This document shows positions 55,456 through 64,000 of a stretch of DNA of 64,000 nucleotides, one piece after another. The position numbers and the translations under genes were made by a program. The stretch lies in NCBI RefSeq assembly GCF_009914755.1, contig NC_060930.1. One strand, given 5' to 3'. The notes under the pieces are model-generated. The model was not told the origin of the DNA. It was given only the letters and a program-made list of their open reading frames with translations, and did not search any database. The stretch's first letter is position 1, and the number at the start of each line of letters is the position of its first letter. Source of the DNA: the human T2T-CHM13v2.0 reference genome, Homo sapiens.

Positions 55456-55856
55456 CACCATAAGTTGTTTAACAAAGATTTTTATATCAGAAAACAAATA
55501 AACAAACTAATGTATGTTGCTAAATAACCCTTGGCATTACAAACAGCTGTAGTTTAAAAAGGAGGATAGACTTCTTTTAGAATATATTTCTTTGTTAAGA
55601 AAAGAAAATTTCAGTGTATTTCCACCAAGACTGTGTAAGTACTTGCAGGGCTTATTACCTTTTGTCTAACGCAGAAAATAAGATTCATTCTCCTCTGCCT
55701 CACAGAAATGGTGCATGTTGTAGTCATCTGGAGGTGTAAAAGGGAAAACCTTGCAACTTGCTTATTGTGTAGTTTTAGGTCATCTCATTCTGTTCAGCAT
55801 TTTCTGTTCCGCATTTAATATTTTTTTTCTTAGCTTTCTTTCCATGTTTGCCATTA

Positions 55857-56586
55857 TGTTATAAACTAAATTGTGTCCCCAATAATCAAAAAATTGTATG
55901 TGGAAATTCTTACCCCAACACCTCAGAATAAGTGATGGACTGAATGTCTGTATTCACCCTAAGTTCATATGTTGAAACCCTAATCCCCAATGTTGCAGTA
56001 ACTAGGTCGTGAGGGTGAATCCCTCTTGAATGGGGTTAGTGCTATATAAGAAGAGACACAAGAGAGGTGATTTTTCTCTCTGCCATGTGAGGCCACAACC
56101 AGAAGATGGCCATCTGCAGACCAGAAAGAGACTCTCACCAGACACTGATCTGCTGGTGCCTTGATCTTGGACTTCCTGCCTCCAGAACTCTGAGGCACAG
56201 CCTAGGGTATTCTGTAATAGTAGCCAGACCTGGCTAAAACAGAATGTGACCGTATTGGGAGACAGTCTTTCAAAAGGTAACTAAGTGGAAAGGAGGTCAT
56301 TAGGCTGGGCCAAATCTAATATGAGTGGCATCTTTATAAAAAGAGGAAATTTGGACACACGTACAGAGGGAAGATTAGGTGAGGACACAGGGACAAGGCG
56401 GCCATCCACAAAGTAAAGGAGAGAGGTCTGGAACAGATCCTTTCCTCACAGCCTCAGAAGGAGCCAACCCTGCCAACATCTTCACCTTGGACTTCCAGCC
56501 TGCAGAAATATGAGAAAATAGATTTCTGTTGTGTAAGCCACCCAGTCTTTTGTATTTTGTTATAGCAGCCCTTGCATGCAGTATAC
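55857..56586 (+). mobile_element. MLT1B-like LTR containing a nested MLT1A0-like LTR
   Basis: Outer LTR TGTTATAAACTAAATTGTGTCCCC...CCTCAGAAT resumes as GAATGTGACCGTATT after the insert. Confidence 0.82.
55931..56241 (+). mobile_element. MLT1A0-like LTR nested in MLT1B
   Basis: GTGATGGACTGAATGT...CTAAAACA; near-TSD GAATA/GAATG. Confidence 0.8.
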
Positions 56587-57119
56587 TCTATCTTTATAGT
56601 TAGATGCAATAAACAGAAACATTCTTCATTGCATAAGCAGAACTTGATGGTATTTCCCTAGTAACTTTGTTCTCCAGCTTATTCCCCAAAGACCTCTGCA
56701 GGAGAAGGAGTGAAAACTAAAAAACATATATGTTCCCAATTTTGCAAATCAATGAACCTGAGTTTTTCTTTAATGACTATTTTCAGTGTCACCGTTCATG
56801 TCAAATTACGATAGTATTTTGAAGTGTGATTCTATGAATGTCCAAGTTTTTGGAATAAAGAAATCTGCAACTGCTCTATTCAACATCCACAGAACTTCTG
56901 ATTCTAGTCTAGCAGTCGACACACCTGGATCAATAACAGGACATTATTTAGTGTCCCTTTAACATGAAAGAGACAATTCTTGGCCAGCTGCTGCCTAGTA
57001 ACGCTGATCTGTTACAGGCTGTGCAAAGTGATGAATGATGCCTCAGCAGACTCAGCTGGGCGGTGCAAGGTGGAACGCAAACTCGGCTTCACTGCCTTTC
57101 TGGGTCTGAAAATGTTCAG

Positions 57120-57601
57120 TTTGTTTTTGTTGAGAAACAAACCACGCCAAAACATAGTAGTTTGACAAATACACATCTTTTTAGCTTACGGTTCTGGGTA
57201 ACACTCAGTTTAATGGTTCTTCTAGCCTGAGTAAAGCTCCTTTATACATCTAAGGTCAACTGCCAGGCTAATTGTGGGCAGGCAGAGGTCATCCTCAACT
57301 GGGACCTGGCCCCCATCCTCACCATGCCAGTGTGGGCTGTTCACACAGTGGAGAGGGGCTTCCAAGAGAGGAAGTGGGATGTGCACGCCTCTTGGGACTT
57401 GTCTCAGAGCTAGCGCCAGTTCACATCTAGTGTATTCTTTAGGCCAAAGGGAGGGACAGAGCCAGACCAGATTTAAAGAATGGGAAAAGAGCCTCCACTT
57501 CTTGTTGGCGGAGGGGGAGGGATGCTGTAGTCACATAAGAATCACATAAAGGCACAGGCATGGGATGTAAAGTGTTTTGGCCATTTGTGCAATCTACTAC
57601 A
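57120..57601 (-). mobile_element. Old MLT1 LTR (G/H-like)
   Basis: AACAAACCACGCCAAAACATAGTAGTTT...TTTTGGCCATTTGTGCAATCTACTACA. Confidence 0.6.
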
Positions 57602-57654
57602 TTATCTGGACTGCAGGGATAGTTTATTGCTATTCTTAGGATTTTAAGAAGTAA

Positions 57655-57979
57655 GATGATGATGATGATGATGATGATGATTATTATTATTATTATTATT
57701 GAGACAGAGTTTCCCTCTTGTTGCCCAAGCTGGAGTGCAATGGCGCGATCTCAGCTCACTGCCACCTGCCTGCCTGGTTCAAGCTATTCTCCTTCCTCAG
57801 CCTCCTGAGTAACTGGGATTACAGGCATGCAGCACCACGCGCAGCTAATTTTGTATTTTTAGCAGAGACGGGGCTTCTCCATTAGGTCAGGCTGGTCTCG
57901 AACTCTTGACCTCAGGTGATCTGCCCGCCTTGGCCTCCCAAAATGCTGGGATTACAGGCGCAAGCCACCGCACCCAGCC
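57655..57979 (-). mobile_element. Alu SINE (AluSp-like) with tail converted to (GAT)n(TAT)n
   Basis: GAGTTTCCCTCTTGTTGCCC, GTGCAATGGCGCG, CTTCTCCAT..GGTCAGG. Confidence 0.93.
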
Positions 57980-58851
57980 AAGATTATTTTTTTAGAAAGA
58001 AAATGTTCACATGCCATAGAGTTACAGCCACAGTGGCCCTTTTGGGCAAGGCACTTACCTCAGAAATTGATGTTATGACTACATGTTATTTTTGCTTTTT
58101 GGATGGCCCAGCCCATGTTTCTGGCTTCTCGAGTTAATAAAAGGTGGAGTTAACACTGGCTGACTGCTGTGTGCTAGGCACTGAGCTGTATCAGCTCGTT
58201 TTAAATGCTCACTCTCTGGTGCTGCAGGTTGGGCTCCGAGAGGCCAGCACCCTACTCGCTGCCAGGTGGGCTCCTCCTACTGTGCCCCTGCCATCTGACC
58301 GACCCCTCTTGGAGAGCTATACAAGAATATCCATTATGATTCTGTGCTTCTATCAGCCTTGCTGCCTTACAAAACCGGTTTTATTTAAGTTGTCAGTTTC
58401 CCCTGGATGAAATATCAGAAGCTCACTTTTAAATATTCCATTCTTTCCTGGCGTTGGCTGGCTCTCTGTTTTGGATACAGTTGACTTTTAGCACATTGGG
58501 TGGAGCATGAGATTCAGCTGTTTATTTTTTATTTTCCTCCTTATCTATGGCAGAATATTACACTCCCAAAGCAGTGAGAATAATAACATCTTCGCTACTC
58601 TGTAATTGATTAGTAATTCAGTTTCCTAGTTGAGGCAGATCACCATGGTTAGACCATAATTTCTTTCATCTCCAGTGTAGCAGGAATAATTACCACCAGA
58701 CCTACAGATAGTGGAATTTTAAAAGGTGATTCTGATTTATAAATCAGGATGTTACATTCCTGCTCTTGCGTGATGGCTACAAAACTGTGGAGGATATTCT
58801 GGAACTTTACTCATCGGGAGCTCAAGTAGCTGGAAGTGGAGACACACTGAG

Positions 58852-58917
58852 AAGAAACAAAAACAAAAACAGAAACAAAACACACACGCAAAAAAAAAAC
58901 AAAAAACAAACAAAAAG
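58852..58917. repeat. A-rich (CAAAAA)n-like simple repeat
   Basis: AAACAAAAACAAAAACAGAAAC...AAACAAACAAAAAG. Confidence 0.8.
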
Positions 58918-59379
58918 ATAGCCGTAACACTGTCTGTACTTTTTACTGTGTCATTGTCACTATATAATTGGCTACACTCAGTGTCCCTGTGTATTCAGCA
59001 CCTATTTAAAACATTTAATAGTCCAAGGGTGGCAGCAGAGTGGGAAGAGATGCCTTGGGTACCCACTTACCAAATGTTACACCTGTGCTGTCTGCTATAC
59101 TTTGGCTGTGGAATTACTGAGGTGACAGCAGCTGTTCTCAGAAAGCTTGGTGATATAACCTTTGGTCTCAGCAATGCTAAGTACCTTATATCAAATTTTT
59201 CATAACCATTTATGTTTGAATAACTGTTGGTAGTACACAAGAGCCTCATCTGTCTGATCTATTTTTACATCACAACACCCATATGGGGCAGTTAGTAAGG
59301 CCCATTTGAGCAATAAGAAAACGTATGCCAGATAGGCTGCATAACTCTCCGCCGTCCCAGGATGAATAGGCAAAAACCA

Positions 59380-59632
59380 CTGGATAGTGGTTAGATTATA
59401 GGAACTGGAGTTATTCTACCGACATTCCACTTGGGGATTTGTCACTTACAAGCTCTGTAAAGTTGAGTGAGTTATTTAATCTTCCTGTGCCTCACTGTTT
59501 TCTTCCAGAAAATCATACTAGTACTTTATTGACAAAGCTGTTCTGAGGAGTAAATGAGTTGCTGTATCATAAAACACTTAGAACATTACATAGCACATGG
59601 TTAATATAATAAAAGAGTTAGCTATTATGATA
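59380..59632 (+). mobile_element. MIR SINE (a second, reverse MIR lies at about 59240-59370)
   Basis: GAGTTATTTAATCTTCCTGTGCCTCA...GTTCTGAGGAGTAAATGAG...GTTAGCTATTAT. Confidence 0.75.
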
Positions 59633-59799
59633 ACTCTCCCTAAGTGATTTTCTGTTTTTCTCTGACTCACATCCCATGTAATTTTTATAAATACATTTGT
59701 TCAAGACAAAAGCTAATGGTGATTAATTTTTGAACAATTCATCAATGATTTCCCACAAGAAAATGACCCACAACATGAAATAGCCAATTGAGGACGTAT

Positions 59800-60102
59800 G
59801 GATATCTTTTGTTTGACTCATGTATATTTTTAAAAAATTGTCAACATTTAAGCACTTATAGATTTCACATAAAATGTATATATGTCTTTCTTTGAATATA
59901 AATGGTAATAGCTAATAACACAAAGACACATTCTGCTTGAATTGAATTGCAGCATCCCATCCCCCACATCTTTTCAAGGAAGGCCTGGTCCTCTCTGATG
60001 GTTCACTCTGACCCTTCACTCCCTTTTGTTATTTCTGGCCCACTTTATCCACACTGATGTTACCTGTTTGGTCCCTGCAACAATTTGAGTTTGTAACATT
60101 TT
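59800..60102. mobile_element. MER102-like hAT MITE
   Basis: TAGATTTCACATAAAAT...ATGTTACCTGTTTGGTCCCTGCAACAATTTGAGTTTGTAAC. Confidence 0.6.
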
Positions 60103-60615
60103 CTCTAGAAAACAGGATCCTCAGAAACAACATTTTTGAGAGTGAATATCTAGAGAAAGGGGAGAACAATTATACAACATGCACCATGGTCTTCAGGAAG
60201 AACAAAGCCTACTCAACCTTTGACTTCACTTCCTTCCTAGACTTTTAACCTATACTTTGACTTCTATAGAAGTAAATTTATTTGTAAATTTCTGACCTAA
60301 TTCCATTGCGGCTCTCATCAGTGTTTCTTCTTGCAACAGTAATGACAGAGAACAATGTTTTAGGAATAGACTCATAAGTAAAATGGCAAGTACATGTACT
60401 TTTGGTTCCCAGAGATCTCTCTCTCCACACTGAACGGTGGTCAGTGACATTTGTTGTTAGCCACTGCACTGGTGACCAAGATGGTACAAAACTTAAAACT
60501 TTTCCCTTGGCTTTTCTGCCAAGCTTATGACCTCCAATGTCAAAGCTTTGTCCTGCTTCAAAAATATAAACTTCATGGAAACTCCACCCCATTGCTGCTT
60601 TTGTCATGGTTTTGG

Positions 60616-60616
60616 G

Positions 60617-60651
<35 letters not shown>

Positions 60652-60653
60652 TT
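60616..60653. repeat. (TTTA)n microsatellite
   Basis: About 9 TATT units. Confidence 0.9.
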
Positions 60654-61534
60654 TTTTGGAGTTGTTGTTGTTTTTGTTTGCAAGGCTCTCTAAATAAATT
60701 AGATATCTGGCAGGTAGTTGGGTGTGATGACCCATGATGTATGCACGATGAAAACAGTTTCCATAGAGGTTCCTGGCTTTGTTTCCTTCTTACCTAAATG
60801 GAGGAGGTTTGGGAACCATCCTGTAAATGCCATGCAGGTAAGCCTACTACAGGCAGAAGAACTCACTGGTAATGTATATGACAGAGTCTGTCACATCTAA
60901 TTATTTCTCAAGAGAAGGACTTTCTAATAACCCAATTTTCTAATAACCTACCTGACATGACATTTACACGTGGATGTATCACCTTCAACTACACCTGACT
61001 TTTCAAAATTAAAAAACTTGTCTACTCATTACTGCAGACATCCTGGCTTCTGTGATTCACAGAGTGGCCCAGCCATGCTCCTGGTCACCAAGTCTTTCCT
61101 CTGCTCTTTAGCACCTGGCTGAGTCCTGCAGGTTCAGGCTCTGAAAGGAGTATTTTACTTATGTCCAACACTCAGGTTCTAACTCAGGATCTGTATCCTC
61201 TCACATGAGGTGCAATATGTCAGCCTACCTTTCTTCCCCAAATATCTCAGCTTTTTAATCCATCAGCTCATCTGCCAAGATGCCATCCCGAGACGGGAGT
61301 GACCTCAGTGGTCTCTCGCTGCCTGCAAACTAAAACCAAGTCTTCTTATGATGACAGTCATAGGTTCTTTGATGTGGTCCTATGTTACGTGTCCAGCTTC
61401 AGGCTCTATTTCTTTTTTTTTATTCATCATTTAACGGATGTTCACTGGGCATGCACTATGGGTCAAGCTCTGAGCTATGTATTTGAGATAAACTTGTGAA
61501 CAACATAGAGAAAAATCTCTTTCCTCATGTTGTT

Positions 61535-61741
61535 TGTAGGTAGCAAACTATGGCTGCATGCCACCTGTTTTGTAAATAAAGTTTGACTGGACCCCAGCTA
61601 TGCTCACCATGTCCGTGTTCTCTAGAGTCTAGGCTGTTTTTTCTACTATGGCTGTAGAGTGGCTGCAATAGATACCTCGTGGCCTGCAGAGGCTGTAACA
61701 CTACTACAAGGCCCTTTACAGGAAAGTTTTGTGGACCCCGC
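61535..61741 (+). mobile_element. MER58A hAT MITE
   Basis: GCAAACTATGGC...CCTGTTTTGTAAATAAAGTTT...GGCCCTTTACAGGAAAGTTT..GACCCC. Confidence 0.8.
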
Positions 61742-62036
61742 CCTAAATGCATGTGGACAGGCTGAGCCCTATTCCCAGTGCCTTGGCTGTGTCCATACAA
61801 TTCCCTCAACCCAGAATTCCTATTTTCCTCCCAACATATTAAAATCTTATTCTTGTTACAAGGGGCATTTCAAAATTTCTGTTCATTATAAAGCCATTCT
61901 TGGTTTTCTGAATCCAAATGGCCTCTTTCTCTTTACTCCAACACTGCCCTGTTTTTCCATCTCTTTTTTCTTATAATGTCAGAAATTATGTGCTGGTCTA
62001 CTACCCTTCTAAATATGGGGTTCTGGGATAAGGGAC

Positions 62037-62391
62037 TGATATGGTTTGGATCTGTGTACCCACACAAATCTCACCTTGAATTGTAATAATCCTCACATGT
62101 CAAGGGTGGGACCAGGTCGAGGTAATTGAATCATAGGAGTGGTTTCCCCTGCTGTTCTCATGATAATGAGTGAGTCTTATGAGATCTGATGGTTTTATAA
62201 GCGTTGGCATTTCCCCTGCTGGTCCTCATTCTCTCTCCTGCTGCCCTGTGAAGATTTGCCTTCTGCCATGATTATAAGTTTCCTGAGGCCTCTCCAGCCA
62301 TGCAGAGCTGTGAGTCAATTAAACCTATTTTCTTTATAAATTACCTAGTCTCGGGTATTTCATCATAACAGCGTGAGAATGGACTAATACA
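62037..62391 (+). mobile_element. THE1D-like solo LTR
   Basis: TGATATGGTTTGG...GGACTAATACA; perfect TSD GGGAC (62032-62036, 62392-62396). Confidence 0.94.
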
Positions 62392-62524
62392 GGGACCATA
62401 TTGGACTCATTTTACATGTACCCTCTACCTCTAATAGAGAAGGCAGCAAACTCAGCAAAAATCAAATGCCAAAAGTTTTCTGAAAGAACCAAGAATTTTT
62501 CTGTTATCACCTGGCAGGGAATGT

Positions 62525-62640
62525 AATTATATAACATTATGTATGTATACATAATGTTAAATCAAGTTTAGCCTAAATCTAACAAATTATATAACATTAT
62601 ATATGCATATATAATGTTAAATCAAGTTTAGCCTAAATCT
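62525..62640. repeat. 60-bp-period tandem duplication, each copy with a 28-bp palindrome
   Basis: AATTATATAACATTAT..ATAATGTTAAATCAAGTTTAGCCTAAATCT at 62525 and 62585. Confidence 0.93.
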
Positions 62641-62987
62641 GCCTCCTTATAGTAATTTTAAATTTGGCCTAACAGTTTCTTGGTACATCATGAACTATAA
62701 CCTAAATGGATTTGTATACAGACTGTAGCCTATTCTTGTGTCAATCACTGAGTTTTGACTAATCAAAGGTGGCCAACTGTTCAAACCATGTTCAAATAAG
62801 GCAAACATCAACCTGTAACCAATCTGGCTGTTTCTGTCCCTCACTTCTGTTTTCTGTACATCACTTTGCTTTTTCTGTCCATAAATCTTCTACCGCATGG
62901 CTGTGCTGGAGTCTCTGAGCCTACTCTGGCTTGGGAGACTACCCGATTTGCTCTTCAATTAAACTCTTTTGAATTTAGTTCAGCTAG
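62615..62987 (+). mobile_element. MER57-family ERV1 solo LTR, 3' end lost into a (TA)-rich tract
   Basis: TGTTAAATCAAGTTTAGCCTAAATCTGCCTCCTTA...GGCCAACTGTTCAAACC...CAATTAAACTCT. Confidence 0.8.
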
Positions 62988-64000
62988 TTATATATTATAT
63001 ATATTCATAATAATATATAATTATATATATATATAGCATACTCTGTCTCTGGGCTAAAAATTATACCTCAGTGTGATAGTGTGACATCCTTCAGCATGGG
63101 TCATCCTGTTCTCTCACCCAACAGAGTGATCAATGGACCCTTTCATTTCCCCCAACTGGACTGCTGCAAAAAAAAATCTCTATCATTTTAGGTTATTATT
63201 TATAATTATTATTTTAACCAATTGACCCAGTAATGAGCCAATTTATTCTTTCATGTCTTACTTGTTAGATAAGCAAAATTAGACCTTGAATTCCTGAAGA
63301 CAGAAACGCTGATGAAATTAGTGCCGCAGATGTGTTCTTAGTCGGGGCATCTCCTTGGCTCTAAGGAATGTAAGTTTTTGTTTCCCAAAAGATAAGGCCC
63401 CTAACTGGTTTTAATAACTGTGCAACCTCCAGAAAGCTTCTGTGAAAGTACAGCTTGTTAGATGTACAGAAGTCACAGCAAACTCCAAAGATGTTGTTTA
63501 ATTATTTGTCCTTTCCTAGAAAAATAAAATTTGAGGGCTCTAATTCAGCTTTACAAATGTTTTTCAAATCACGTTTGATTCACAAAGTCCCTGTGAACCA
63601 TCAAAATGTGTGGTGGATTGTGAATACTTAGGGCTGCGCCCCACCTGATTCAGCCATCGCCACTTCCTCTTCCATAACATTGTGAAAACACAGACATCTG
63701 GCTGCAGGAGATACACACGAATCCCCGCAGAGGCAGTGGTCCATGGCAACCTTCAGATAATCTGTAGCAGGATTTTTCTGTTTTCTGGAATGCTTGTACA
63801 TTTCTTACAAGCAATTATGCTGACTCTACAGTGATTCAAATTGCCCCTTAAAACAGCTGTAACAACCAAACCAAGAGCTATCTTCCAATAATATTGGCTA
63901 CAGAGAGAGTCATAGATTTTCAGGAAAATACACCAAGCAAGTAACATAATTGAGAAGCTAAATGACATGTTTGGTACAGTTGCCAAACTGCTCTTTTCTA

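Noticed and set aside
55186-55497. ORF matching the L1 ORF2p C-terminus
   Set aside because: Part of a 500-bp 5'-truncated L1PA, not a gene.
62531-62620. Superficial resemblance of the palindromes to loxP
   Set aside because: Arm sequence and length do not fit the 13-8-13 loxP structure; the similarity is limited to ATAAC/GTTA ends in AT-rich DNA.

Overview
Primate (human-like) non-coding genomic DNA: AT-rich, CpG-depleted, with no CpG island and no intact protein-coding or structural RNA gene that I can support. Nearly all the ORFs supplied are short, repeat-derived or low-complexity. The window is a stack of interspersed repeats: Alu (J, S, Y), L1 (PA, MA, MC, MD, ME), L2 and MIR; many MaLR LTRs (THE1, MLT1) including one full LTR-internal-LTR THE1-type element; ERVL and ERV1 solo LTRs (MLT2A, MER76, MER4, MER57); hAT MITEs (MER1B, MER53, MER58A, MER63, MER81, MER102); and a near full-length Hsmar2 mariner whose decayed transposase keeps D,D34D spacing. 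Subfamily names come from recalled consensus sequences and need RepeatMasker/Dfam confirmation. I found no new gene system. The structure that repeats do not explain is a set of repair or replication scars. There are four short non-tandem direct duplications (about 130-550 bp, copies 1.95-3.07 kb apart, roughly 83-97% identical by eye), a microhomology-bounded inversion inside one THE1 LTR, a patchwork templated insertion in another, and a 60-bp tandem duplication of a palindrome with a compensatory change. I could not test whether these exceed genome background.
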